Of a stretch of 64,000 nucleotides of DNA, positions 1 to 8,375 are shown piece by piece (within the stretch, counting starts at the first letter, position 1; each line of letters begins with the position of its first letter). The translations under genes were made by a program, and so were the position numbers. This DNA comes from a candidate division WOR-1 bacterium RIFOXYB2_FULL_46_45 (GTDB lineage: Bacteria > Margulisbacteria > WOR-1 > XYC2-FULL-46-14). Below the pieces are notes generated by a model. It had not been told where the DNA came from and did no database searches. It saw nothing but the letters and a program-made list of their open reading frames with translations. The DNA lies in contig MEUE01000001.1 of assembly GCA_001771585.1 (NCBI GenBank), forward strand, positions 191,789-255,788. The letters run 5' to 3'.

Positions 1-192
1 GGCTTTTTTGAGCGCCTCCGCCGTCCCGCCCGAAGAGACCAAATCGTAACCAAACTTAATCAGCCCTTTCGCCAGGCGCAGCAATCCCCTTTTATCGTAA
101 ACCGATATCAGCGCCAGCTTTCTTTTCGAAAGCTTTGCTTTTTTCGCTTTGGCTTTGACTTTTACCTTTTTAGCTTTAAACTTTTTTTTCAT
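1..192 (-). CDS. purH: Bifunctional AICAR transformylase/IMP cyclohydrolase, 5' part only (runs off the left edge), with a Lys-rich N-terminal extension
   Basis: Not in the ORF track. Manual translation from ATG at 192 gives MKKKFKAKKVKVKAKAKKAKLSKRKLALISVYDKRGLLRLAKGLIKFGYDLVSSGGTAEALKKA, matching the PurH MGS-like start (ALISVxDK...SxGGTA). GAAGGGAG SD upstream; follows purN. Confidence 0.88.
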   Translation of the reverse strand, partial: MKKKFKAKKVKVKAKAKKAKLSKRKLALISVYDKRGLLRLAKGLIKFGYDLVSSGGTAEALKKA

Positions 193-748
193 TTTTGATT
201 CTCCCTTCGCAAACTAGCTTAATCGCCTGAGGGTATATTATATGTTCCTGCTCGAGTATGCGGGCGGATAAGGTCTCTTCCGTATCATTCTCCACAACCG
301 GGACCGCCGCCTGCATAATGATCGGTCCGGTATCGCACCCCTCGTCGACAAAATGGACGGTACAGCCGGAAATTTTTACCCCATGCGCCAGCGCCTGCTT
401 CTGAGAGTGCAGACCGGGAAAAGAGGGCAAAAGAGCCGGATGGATATTTAAAATTTTATTCGGATAGTTTTGGAGCAATACTTCTCCCACTATCCTCATG
501 TAACCGGCCAGGCAGACCAAGTCTACTTTATGTTTTTGTAAAACTTTAACGATTTCAAGCTCGTAAGTGTTTTTGTCTTTATAATCTTTGTGGTTGATAA
601 TCACCGCGGGGATATTATGTTTTTTAGCCCGCTCCAGTCCAAAAGCGGAGGGATCGTTTGAGATGACCACCGCGACCGGCAAACCCGCGTCAATTATTGC
701 CTGCAGATTTGAACCGCGGCCGGATATTAGGACCCCGATTTGTTTCAT
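176..748 (-). CDS. purN: Phosphoribosylglycinamide formyltransferase
   Basis: Motifs VLISGRGSNLQAI, LAGYMRI, NIHPALLPSFPG, GCTVHFVDEGCDTGPII; pur cluster context. Confidence 0.97.
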   Translation of the reverse strand: MKQIGVLISGRGSNLQAIIDAGLPVAVVISNDPSAFGLERAKKHNIPAVIINHKDYKDKNTYELEIVKVLQKHKVDLVCLAGYMRIVGEVLLQNYPNKILNIHPALLPSFPGLHSQKQALAHGVKISGCTVHFVDEGCDTGPIIMQAAVPVVENDTEETLSARILEQEHIIYPQAIKLVCEGRIKNEKKV

Positions 749-1698
749 ATGATTTGTACGTCTTTCCCGCGTATCACTTCGCCTATGACGACCGCGTCTT
801 CCAAAACCGCCAGCGCGGCTTTAACCCGGGATTTGGGAACAACAACCGCCATCCCGATCCCCATGTTAAAAGTGCGGAACATTTCGTCCTCGGCAACGTT
901 TCCCAGCTTTTGGATTGCCGCAAAGATCGGCTGCGGTCTCCAGGCGGATTTATAAATTACGGCTCCTATCCCCTTCCTGAAAAGGCGGGGAATATTTCCG
1001 GGAAGCCCGCCGCCGGTGATATGGGCAATGCCGTTGACTTGAACATTATCGATCAGCTTTAAGATCGACTTGGCGTAAATCTTAGTCGGAGTCAAAAGTT
1101 CTTTATAGTATTTTTCCGGCAAAACTTTTCTGGCCAAACTATAACCGTTGCTGTGCAAACCGGAAGATTTCAGCCCGATTATCACATCACCCGGCTTTAT
1201 CTTCTTCCCGTCAATAACCTTTTTGCGGTCAACCTCTCCGACCGCGAAACCGGCCAAATCGTATTCTCCTTTTTTATAAAGGTCGCCCAGCTCCGCGATC
1301 TCGCCGCCGATCAAGGCACAGCCGGCCTGTTTACACCCCGCGACAATCCCTTTGATTATCTTTTCGATAATGGGCGGAGAAACATTGTAACAGCCGATAT
1401 AATCCAAAAAGAAGAGCGGTTTGGCTCCCTGGCAGACAATGTCGTCGACATTCATGGCTACCAGATCAATTCCAACCGTATCGTGTTTGTTGAGCAGGAA
1501 AGCCAGTTTTAATTTGGTACCGACCCCGTCGGTGGCGGAGACCAGAACTTTGCCGGAATCCTGCACAAAACAGCCGCCAAAAAGGCCGATATCCCCCATC
1601 ACCCCTTTGGTCCGGGTGGTTTTGGCAAGCTTCTTTATCCGCTCTACCGCTTCATCCCCGGCGTCGATATCGACACCCGATTGTTTGTATGTTGTCAT
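745..1698 (-). CDS. purM: Phosphoribosylformylglycinamidine cyclo-ligase (AIR synthetase)
   Basis: YKQSGVDIDAG, TDGVGTK, DLVAMNVDD, GLHSNGYSL, HITGGG, TFNMGIG. Start moved from 1746 to the MTTYKQ ATG at 1698. Confidence 0.97.
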   Translation of the reverse strand: MTTYKQSGVDIDAGDEAVERIKKLAKTTRTKGVMGDIGLFGGCFVQDSGKVLVSATDGVGTKLKLAFLLNKHDTVGIDLVAMNVDDIVCQGAKPLFFLDYIGCYNVSPPIIEKIIKGIVAGCKQAGCALIGGEIAELGDLYKKGEYDLAGFAVGEVDRKKVIDGKKIKPGDVIIGLKSSGLHSNGYSLARKVLPEKYYKELLTPTKIYAKSILKLIDNVQVNGIAHITGGGLPGNIPRLFRKGIGAVIYKSAWRPQPIFAAIQKLGNVAEDEMFRTFNMGIGMAVVVPKSRVKAALAVLEDAVVIGEVIRGKDVQII

Positions 1699-1705
1699 AA
1701 TATTA

Positions 1706-1903
1706 TTATCGAGCCGATTCGGCACTGGCCGTGCCGTAATAAACATCCCCGCCGCGCAAAACGATAAAGAAACGGCAATCCTGATTGGTGCAGGCCCACG
1801 CCTTGTATCTTATCGCCACCGAATTATTTGAAAAATCCGACATCGGGACCAACTGCCCGCCGCATTTTTTACATTTCGGAAAACATTCGCATGACATTTT
1901 CAT
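1706..1903 (-). CDS. Small Cys-rich putative Zn-ribbon protein, function unknown
   Basis: GGAGG SD precedes ATG at 1903 (or 1897); FPKCKKCGG...LVPMSDF...YKAWACTNQDC pattern; fills the purF-purM gap on the same strand. Confidence 0.7.
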   Translation of the reverse strand: MKMSCECFPKCKKCGGQLVPMSDFSNNSVAIRYKAWACTNQDCRFFIVLRGGDVYYGTASAESAR

Positions 1904-1933
1904 TTCACCTCCCATTTTTTATTTTAATATTTT

Positions 1934-1962
1934 GTACGGACAGATCATTGATCTGTCCCTAC
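1934..1962. repeat. REP-like palindrome (GTAC/GTAG-flanked, 10-bp stem)
   Basis: GTAC-GGACAGATCA-T-TGATCTGTCC-CTAC: perfect 10-bp stem, 1-nt loop, 5 bp beyond the purF stop. Confidence 0.75.
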
Positions 1963-1967
1963 ATTAT

Positions 1968-3344
1968 TTAAAAAATTAAATTTAATTTTCCCAATTTCTC
2001 CGGAATCTCCACCGGATAATGGTTGTTCAAACAGGCCATGCACATCGACTGCTGGGGGAGATTGACCGCTTTGACCAATCCCTCCAGGCTCAAATATCCG
2101 AGCGAATCGGCATCCAAATATTTCCGGATCCCTTCAATTGAAAGGTTCGCCGCGATTAATTCGGACTTGGTCGGAGTATCTATTCCGTAATAACAGGGGC
2201 TGATGATCGGCGGAGAAGAGACCCGAAAATGAACCTCTCTCGCCCCGCATTCTTTTATTATTTTTACGATCTGCCTGGAAGTTGTCCCCCTGACAATTGA
2301 ATCGTCAATAATCACCAGCTTGCTGTCTTGAATATACTGCTTTAAGGGATTGAGCTTGACCTTTACCCCCATGTCTCTGATATCCTGGCTTGGCTGGATA
2401 AAGGTCCGGCCAACGTAGCGGTTTTTGATCAGCGAATCGCCAAAATCAATTTTGGACTCGGAAGAAAAGCCGACCGCGGCCGGGATCCCGGAATCGGGTA
2501 CCCCCGAAATAAAATCGGCCGTCGGCGCCGGCTGTTGTTTTGCCAGCAGTTTTCCCATCGCGACCCTCGCCCCATAAACGCTCCGTCCGTTTAAGACCGA
2601 ATCGGGACGGGCAAAATAAATAAATTCAAAAATACAGAATGAACATTTTTTGGAGCGGGCAATCGTTTTTGACTGCAAGCCGTTCCGGTCAACCACCGCC
2701 ATCTCTCCGCCTTCAAGCTCCCTGACAAAAGAAGCACCAACAATATCCAATCCGCATGACTCGGACGAAAAAATGTAGCCCCCTTCAAGTTTTCCGATAC
2801 AAAGCGGGCGGATCCCCTGCGGATCCTTGACCGCAATCAATTTGTCTTTGCTCATGACCAAAAGGGCATAAGCCCCCTGGACTTTTTCGAGCGATTCGAT
2901 TAGGGCCTCTTCTAAAGTATCTTTGTTTGAAAATGAAATCAACGCGGCAATAACTTCGGAATCGGTCGTCCCGTTAAACTTGAAACCCTGGAGCCCGATC
3001 CTTAATTCTTCGGTGTTAATTAAATTACCGTTATGAGCCAGGGCGATCGGGCCGAATTTGGTGTCGACTACAATCGGCTGGGCATTGGACAAGGTGCTGG
3101 AACCGGTCGTTGAATAGCGGACATGGCCGATGCCAATACTTCCATCCAACTTTCTGATCTTCTCTTCCGAATTAAAAACGACATTGACCAGCCCCATCTC
3201 TTTGTGGCATTTGATTTCGGAACCGTTTGATACCGCTATTCCGGCCGACTCCTGGCCGCGGTGCTGGAGGGCAAACAGCCCGTAGTAGACCGTCTTGGCA
3301 ATATGGTCTTTGTCAAAAGAATATTTACCGAATATTCCGCACAT
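1968..3344 (-). CDS. purF: Amidophosphoribosyltransferase ([4Fe-4S] type, no propeptide)
   Basis: MCGIFG N-terminal catalytic Cys, [33 protein letters not shown], Fe-S Cys motifs CIFE/PCYYGID/CMAC. Confidence 0.97.
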   Translation of the reverse strand: MCGIFGKYSFDKDHIAKTVYYGLFALQHRGQESAGIAVSNGSEIKCHKEMGLVNVVFNSEEKIRKLDGSIGIGHVRYSTTGSSTLSNAQPIVVDTKFGPIALAHNGNLINTEELRIGLQGFKFNGTTDSEVIAALISFSNKDTLEEALIESLEKVQGAYALLVMSKDKLIAVKDPQGIRPLCIGKLEGGYIFSSESCGLDIVGASFVRELEGGEMAVVDRNGLQSKTIARSKKCSFCIFEFIYFARPDSVLNGRSVYGARVAMGKLLAKQQPAPTADFISGVPDSGIPAAVGFSSESKIDFGDSLIKNRYVGRTFIQPSQDIRDMGVKVKLNPLKQYIQDSKLVIIDDSIVRGTTSRQIVKIIKECGAREVHFRVSSPPIISPCYYGIDTPTKSELIAANLSIEGIRKYLDADSLGYLSLEGLVKAVNLPQQSMCMACLNNHYPVEIPEKLGKLNLIF

Positions 3345-4482
3345 GGTTTACCGCCTCGTTTATCGGAACCATCGACAGCTCTCCGCTCTTCCTCAACTTT
3401 ACCTCAACCTTTCCCTCTTTCAACCCCTTCGGCCCCACGATCACTTTGACCGGAATACCGATCAGATCGATATCTTTCAATTTAACGCCGATTCGAAGAT
3501 CCCGGTCATCCAGCAGCGCTTCGGAGCCAAGCTCCCGGTAAATTTTTTCGGCGGTCTCCAACTGCTCTTTGTCTTTGGAATCAACGGGAACGACCGCGAC
3601 TTTAAAAGGGGCAAGCGCCGTCGGCCAGATGATCCCGTCTTTATCGTGCCCCTGCTCGATCGCCGCGGCGACGATTCTGCTGATGCCGATACCGTAACAG
3701 CCCATAATCATCGGCTGTTCTTTGTTCTCTTCGTCGATATAGACGCAATTCATTTTGGCGGAATATTTGGTCCCGAGTTTAAAAATATGGCCGACTTCAA
3801 TCCCCCGTTTTCCGTTAGCCAATTCTTCTTCTCCGCTGTCGGCGATAACGTGGAATTCTTCGGAAAACTTCCCGCCCATCAAACCGGAATCGGCATCCTG
3901 GATGCAATAGTTCAAGCCCATCCGGTCAAAAATGCGGCTGTAGGCGGCGCGCATATTTTTATATTCTTCGTCAAGCGACGCTTCCGAAGTATGAAACGAA
4001 TAGGCGTCTTTCATAATAAATTCCCGGCTCCGCATGACGCCGAAGCGCGGGCGGATCTCGTCGCGGAATTTGGTTTGGATCTGGAAAAGGGTGACCGGGA
4101 GCTTTTGGTACGACTTGACCGCGTCGCGGGCAAGGGAGGTAATGATTTCTTCGTGGGTCGGGCCGAGGCAGAATTCGTGTTCGTGGCGGTCGGAAATCCT
4201 GAAAAGTTCCTTGCCGTATTCTCCCCAGCGCCCCGATTCTTCCCAGATCTCTTTTGGAAGGAGGGTCGGCATGAGGACTTCCTGCGCGCCGGAATTGAGC
4301 ATCTCTTCACGGACGATTTGGGTTACTTTTGTGATTGCACGGAATCCCAGGGGTAAGAGGTTATAGACACCGGCCGCGACCTTCCTTATCATCCCCGCCC
4401 GGAGCATCAGTTTGTGAGAGGCCACTTCCGCCTCCGCCGGATCTTCTCGAAGCGTCGGCGCCACCAACCGCGACATTCTCAT
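3325..4482 (-). CDS. proS: Proline--tRNA ligase, bacterial type lacking the INS editing domain
   Basis: [55 protein letters not shown], anticodon domain [18 protein letters not shown]; only 385 aa. Confidence 0.96.
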   Translation of the reverse strand: MRMSRLVAPTLREDPAEAEVASHKLMLRAGMIRKVAAGVYNLLPLGFRAITKVTQIVREEMLNSGAQEVLMPTLLPKEIWEESGRWGEYGKELFRISDRHEHEFCLGPTHEEIITSLARDAVKSYQKLPVTLFQIQTKFRDEIRPRFGVMRSREFIMKDAYSFHTSEASLDEEYKNMRAAYSRIFDRMGLNYCIQDADSGLMGGKFSEEFHVIADSGEEELANGKRGIEVGHIFKLGTKYSAKMNCVYIDEENKEQPMIMGCYGIGISRIVAAAIEQGHDKDGIIWPTALAPFKVAVVPVDSKDKEQLETAEKIYRELGSEALLDDRDLRIGVKLKDIDLIGIPVKVIVGPKGLKEGKVEVKLRKSGELSMVPINEAVNHVRNIR

Positions 4483-4490
4483 ACTAATTC

Positions 4491-4519
4491 ATTATAGCAA
4501 AATTTGAAGCGGGTTTCAA
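4491..4519 (-). promoter_or_regulatory. Sigma70-type promoter for proS-purF, probably leaderless
   Basis: Minus strand TTGAAA-N17-TATAAT with TGn extension; ATG 8 nt after the -10; no SD. Confidence 0.7.
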
Positions 4520-4520
4520 A

Positions 4521-5390
4521 TCAGTCCTTAATTGTAAATTTAAATTTCTTAAGTAATTTTCCGGAAGAAACAACGGTACCGACATAAATACCGTTCCCCA
4601 GAAGCTCCCCCGAATCGGCCTTACCGTCCCAGGGCACCTGGTTCAATCCGGCATTCCCGCCTTCCGAATTGGCGGGACAGTTTATCTTCTTTACGATATT
4701 GCCGCTAACCGCGGTGATATAAATGATGTTGCTCTGCGCTTCGGCCAGAGTATATTGGATATAGGCGGTCCCGTTTTTGGTGATTGAGAAAGGGCTCGGA
4801 TAAAAGACCACTTCGCCGACTATCCCCGATCCTTCCGCCACCGTTAGCGCGAGGACTTCAGAGGTTGTTCCTCCGCTGTTTTGCGCTTTTATCACGACGG
4901 TATTGTCTCCCGTTCCCAGTCCGGATACGGAATAGATGATGTCGCATTTGGTGACCGTTCCCTTGGCTTCCGTTTTTGAAGAAATATCTTTATCGGTTAC
5001 CTGAAAGGTTTGAGCCGGAGTCGGTCCGGTACTTTCATTGAGGGTTAGGTAAATTTGATCGGTATAAATCCCGTCGGCCGATTGAATGGTCGCTTTGATT
5101 TTTACCTCTTTGCCGACATAAATCTTTTCACCTTTGTCGATCATGCTTTTATGATAGCGATTGTTTCCGGCATAGATATCGGTAATGGTTGGAACAACAA
5201 CTGTTCCTCCAGGTCCGGATCCGGGTTGGCCTGCCGTTCCTTGGCTTTTAATTAGATACGCTTGCCCCAATTGAACCGTCGTATTTCCGGAAAGCTCCCC
5301 GATCGCCGGCTCTCCCACAAAGGTGTTATCGGCAAAAGAGGGAACGGCAATCAGAATCGACAATAATAGGAACCAAAAAATCTTTTTCAT
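4521..5390 (-). CDS. Secreted protein with C-terminal FlgD-Ig / T9SS-CTD-like domain
   Basis: Signal peptide MKKIFWFLLLSILIAVPSFA after a GGAGGAG SD; C-terminus FYPSPF...IQYTL...GNIVKKI...GLNQVPWDGK...LGNGIY typical of FlgD-Ig tails. Confidence 0.75.
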   Translation of the reverse strand: MKKIFWFLLLSILIAVPSFADNTFVGEPAIGELSGNTTVQLGQAYLIKSQGTAGQPGSGPGGTVVVPTITDIYAGNNRYHKSMIDKGEKIYVGKEVKIKATIQSADGIYTDQIYLTLNESTGPTPAQTFQVTDKDISSKTEAKGTVTKCDIIYSVSGLGTGDNTVVIKAQNSGGTTSEVLALTVAEGSGIVGEVVFYPSPFSITKNGTAYIQYTLAEAQSNIIYITAVSGNIVKKINCPANSEGGNAGLNQVPWDGKADSGELLGNGIYVGTVVSSGKLLKKFKFTIKD

Positions 5391-5391
5391 T

Positions 5392-6756
5392 TTATTCTCC
5401 TCCACTGGAAAAATATCCGCCGGTTTTACTGCTGCCTTGAAATTCTATTTTGTTTTCTTTTTTTAAATCACTTAACCAGCGCTCTATTGTTCTTTTGGGC
5501 TTAGCTAAGCTTCTAGATATCTGGGCTGACCTTTGGCCTGGATGACTTTTAATGTGTTTGAATAGAAGATTTACACCCTCACTTGCACCGCCATTTACAC
5601 CCTCACTTGCACCGCCATTTACACCCTCACTTGCACCGCCATTTACACCCTCACTTGCACCGCCATTTACACCCTCACCTTTAATTCTTTTTAAAAATAT
5701 AACTACAAATGCCCCTGTTTTTTCTTGAAAAAGAGGAACCCTGTTCCCGTTTTTTTTGCACCCCTCAACAATCCTCTGGAACCCCGTCCCCCACCCCTCC
5801 ATCATTTCGGCATCATGGAACACCTGCGCGATAATCCTGTTTTTGGGAATTGACCGGCTTTCCTGTAATAAATTTGTCACGTTTAGTTCTTTCGGTAAAA
5901 GGCCGGGGCTCCAAATCTCAAGCCGATTATCAAATATCCTGATCTGAACATTGCCCGAATCGGCATAATCGCGATGGACTACGGCATTGGTAATAGCTTC
6001 CCTCAACGAGGTTATGGAGTAATCCCAGATTTCTTCCCTGCGGGATTTCCCTCTTATGACCACCTCCATGTCGATATGTCTTTTGATAAAATCAATGGCG
6101 TCATCCACTCCCCGCAATATATTTACGTCAAAATCCTTCATGTCAATAAACTTGACCATATTGTTGCCCTTGAACCTTGCCGCTTTTATTACCGCGTTTG
6201 GCATCAAACGATTTTGCTTTACAAAACACAGGTAGCCGGCGTTGGTAATCTTATTCTTTTTCGTTAATCCGATTCTCTTTATATATCCCGCGGGCATTCG
6301 CGCAATAATTTTATCGTCCAGCTCCAACTGCTTAAGTGGATATTTAAAGCTGTGCTGATCAAAGTCCGGAATAGAATATTTTTTTATCATGTCCCGGATT
6401 TCCGCTTGCGACAATTTTTGGTTGGTTTTTCCGATACGAATATAGCCCCTGCCAAGAACAAAAACCGGCTTATTGTCGGACTCTTTAATTTCTATTTCGA
6501 CAATCTCGCCGGGACCAAAGGTTTTTAAGTTTACCGAAGGATACAAGACCGGATCGGAATGGTTTTTTATTTTATTGATTATATCTTCCAGCGTCCCTTT
6601 GCCGATTACTAATCCGGACAAGTCGCCATTGTCGTTTAAGCCGATTATAATTTTGCCGCCGTTTTTATTGGCAAAAGCCCCCAATGTTTCTATTATCTCT
6701 TTCCATTCAGCAAAAGAAGATTTTAACTCCAGTTTTTCCGATTCACGTATATTCAT
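5392..6756 (-). CDS. AlbA_2 (Schlafen-like) domain + RecG-C/HATPase_c_4-like ATP-binding domain + C-terminal winged HTH
   Basis: ESEKLELKSS...AFANKNGGKIIIG (AlbA_2); LREAITNAVVHRDY...IFDNRLEIWSPG...RNxxIAxVF...GWGTGF; C-terminal HTH RTIERWLSDLKKENKIEFQGSSKTGGY. Confidence 0.85.
   Translation of the reverse strand: MNIRESEKLELKSSFAEWKEIIETLGAFANKNGGKIIIGLNDNGDLSGLVIGKGTLEDIINKIKNHSDPVLYPSVNLKTFGPGEIVEIEIKESDNKPVFVLGRGYIRIGKTNQKLSQAEIRDMIKKYSIPDFDQHSFKYPLKQLELDDKIIARMPAGYIKRIGLTKKNKITNAGYLCFVKQNRLMPNAVIKAARFKGNNMVKFIDMKDFDVNILRGVDDAIDFIKRHIDMEVVIRGKSRREEIWDYSITSLREAITNAVVHRDYADSGNVQIRIFDNRLEIWSPGLLPKELNVTNLLQESRSIPKNRIIAQVFHDAEMMEGWGTGFQRIVEGCKKNGNRVPLFQEKTGAFVVIFLKRIKGEGVNGGASEGVNGGASEGVNGGASEGVNGGASEGVNLLFKHIKSHPGQRSAQISRSLAKPKRTIERWLSDLKKENKIEFQGSSKTGGYFSSGGE
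5569..5678. repeat. In-frame 24-bp tandem repeat, 4 full copies plus a 14-bp partial
   Basis: Unit ATTTACACCCTCACTTGCACCGCC, identical copies, no spacers; encodes (EGVNGGAS)n in the linker before the HTH. Confidence 0.95.
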
Positions 6757-6859
6757 ATATAGCTTCGCTTTAAATTGTTACTCGTTAAACACTTATTCGG
6801 CCAAACGACAAAAAACGAATACCAAAAATATAAAATGTTTTATGAACTAACAATACCTA

Positions 6860-8110
6860 TTACCATGAAGACAAAGCAACTCTTTTCCATTGATTTGCAA
6901 CAATACAAATATATAAATATTGAGAATCATAAACTATTTGTCCTTGTTCTCCAGCATGATTCACCGTTAGAGGAGCACTTCCAGGATTAACTAGATAAAG
7001 AGGGCCTGTATCAATCTTTAAGCCCTTTCCTCCACTAAAATATCCTGAAAATCCATCAACACCTTTTGCCACAGCATAAATACCAACACCATTCGTCCCC
7101 GTCGCCTCAAAAGAGCCGCCGTAAACAGCTCCTTTACCCAAGACCCCAGTACCATTAGGACTATATCCAACAACACCTAATCCATTTTCACTTCTCCCAT
7201 ATACACCTTTTCCTTCAACATGGTCGTTTTTACCATAAACACCGTTCTTTCTTGCTACCCCAACAATACTTTCTCCTGCCCAACCCAATACTCCATCTCC
7301 GGTTTTGCTATATCCATAAACCCCAATCCCACCCGTCCCCGTCGCCTCAAAAGAGCCGCCTTTTGCAGCTCCTTTCCCATAAACCCCAACACCAGTTGAT
7401 CCATTTGATTCAAAAAATCCAGCACTATCTTGTGCACTATATCCATAAACACCGCTAGCAACATCTCCCATTCCTATTACTCCGTACCCACCAGAACTCT
7501 GAAAAAACCCCCCTTGACCATTTGTACTTATTCCCTCAACGCCTTTGCCGTTTACACTTTGCCCTTTTACCCCTGTACTATAATCCATGCCTTGACCATA
7601 AATTCCAACCCCACCTTTATAAGTTGATTTAACATTTATTCCATATTGATTTGCGGTTTTTTGTTCACTCGTCGGCCCCAACTCAACAACATTCCCGGTA
7701 GTTCCACTGCTTGTTACCACACTATCCGCCACTGTGGCACGGAAGGCGTAGGGAACGGTAATCAATGCAATACGAGGAGATTTTTCTGTCGATTCATCCG
7801 CCAGTTTAATGCCCAGATATCTGGTTTTACCGTCAAATACCGTAGTAGTATCAAGGGCTGTATTTACTGAACCAATTTGAACATTGTAAATTCCATCTTT
7901 CACCGGAACACTCTGCGTTTCGGTCCACAATGGGGAACCGCCGCTTGAAGCGCTATAAATTGAAAAGACTATACTGTAAGTCTTGTTCGCCAAAAGATTC
8001 CCCGAACTATCCTTCAAAATCCCCTGGACATTGATCTGGGTCGGAACCGCGGCATGGGAGACGGAAACAAAAACCAGAAGCGCGAAAAGGGACAACAAAA
8101 ACTTTCTCAT
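6860..8110 (-). CDS. Secreted fibre/adhesin-like protein with Gly-rich GVYG repeats
   Basis: AAGGAGG SD then MRKFLLSLFALLVFVSVSHA signal peptide; N-domain VPTQINVQGILKD...PLWTETQ; many GVxG repeats; C-terminal GQIVYDSQYLYICIVANQWKRVALSSW resembling phage-fibre termini. Confidence 0.75.
   Translation of the reverse strand: MRKFLLSLFALLVFVSVSHAAVPTQINVQGILKDSSGNLLANKTYSIVFSIYSASSGGSPLWTETQSVPVKDGIYNVQIGSVNTALDTTTVFDGKTRYLGIKLADESTEKSPRIALITVPYAFRATVADSVVTSSGTTGNVVELGPTSEQKTANQYGINVKSTYKGGVGIYGQGMDYSTGVKGQSVNGKGVEGISTNGQGGFFQSSGGYGVIGMGDVASGVYGYSAQDSAGFFESNGSTGVGVYGKGAAKGGSFEATGTGGIGVYGYSKTGDGVLGWAGESIVGVARKNGVYGKNDHVEGKGVYGRSENGLGVVGYSPNGTGVLGKGAVYGGSFEATGTNGVGIYAVAKGVDGFSGYFSGGKGLKIDTGPLYLVNPGSAPLTVNHAGEQGQIVYDSQYLYICIVANQWKRVALSSW
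7094..7360. repeat. 27-bp identical direct repeat, 240 bp apart, inside the fibre-like gene
   Basis: CGTCCCCGTCGCCTCAAAAGAGCCGCC at 7094-7120 and 7334-7360; encodes GGSFEATGT twice, 80 aa apart. Confidence 0.9.
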
Positions 8111-8141
8111 GATGATTTTCCTCCTTGATTTGGTTGTGATA

Positions 8142-8170
8142 ATCATAGAACGGAAGGGGGAGATTGTCAA
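8142..8170 (-). promoter_or_regulatory. Near-consensus sigma70 promoter for the fibre-like gene
   Basis: Minus strand TTGACA (8170-8165), 17-bp spacer, TATGAT (8147-8142); SD and ATG follow at a normal distance. Confidence 0.8.
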
Positions 8171-8191
8171 TCTGTGAAAGAATAAGAAAAA

Positions 8192-8258
8192 AGTGTGAGC
8201 AATAGTGTGAGTTTGAGTATTGAGATCAAGACTAATTACTCACACTGGCACTCACACT
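8192..8258. repeat. Inverted repeat built from AGTGTGAG units
   Basis: Arms AGTGTGAGCAATAGTGTGAGT (8192-8212) and ACTCACACTGGCACTCACACT (8238-8258), 17/21 complementary, each with two AGTGTGAG units 12 nt apart. Confidence 0.8.
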
Positions 8259-8322
8259 AAAAGAAACGGCCCCCTCTTTGAAGAGAACTACCCGATGAAA
8301 GGTGTTGCGAAAGAGAGGGCCT
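8259..8322 (-). terminator. Long-loop hairpin with U-rich tail; likely intrinsic terminator of the barrel-SLH gene
   Basis: Minus strand GGCCCUCUCUUU...AAAGAGGGGGCC 12-bp stem containing a G-U pair (a C-A mismatch on the plus strand), followed by GUUUCUUUU; 31-nt loop. Confidence 0.55.
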
Positions 8323-8336
8323 TTATAATTTATATG

Positions 8337-8361
8337 TACGGGCGGGTTTCAAACCCGCCCC
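8337..8361. repeat. REP-like palindrome (GTAC + 10-bp stem)
   Basis: GTAC-GGGCGGGTTT-C-AAACCCGCCC; same architecture as 1934-1962; 14 bp beyond the SLH gene stop. Confidence 0.75.
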
Positions 8362-8375
8362 TTTAATTTAAATTA

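Noticed and set aside
697-4366. Long plus-strand ORFs (e.g. 3295-4356, 353 aa)
   Set aside because: Antisense shadows of purM, purF and proS; no motifs, and explained by the codon bias of the real genes.
5569-5678. CRISPR array
   Set aside because: The repeats are contiguous with no spacers, in frame inside a CDS, and no cas genes are present.
5392-6756. RecG helicase
   Set aside because: No superfamily 2 helicase motifs; the 'RecG C-terminal' label for this domain family is a common mis-annotation.
6775-6990. 71-aa plus-strand ORF
   Set aside because: Overlaps the 3' end of the fibre-like gene in antisense, has no SD and no recognisable motif.
7094-7360. Diversity-generating retroelement TR/VR pair
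   Set aside because: The copies are identical over 27 bp rather than differing at adenines, both lie in one ORF, and no reverse transcriptase is in the window.
8291-8312. Hammerhead ribozyme core (CCGATGA...GAAA)
   Set aside because: The core reads CCGAUGA rather than CUGAUGA, there is no stem II between the motifs, and the G-U pairing favours the opposite strand.
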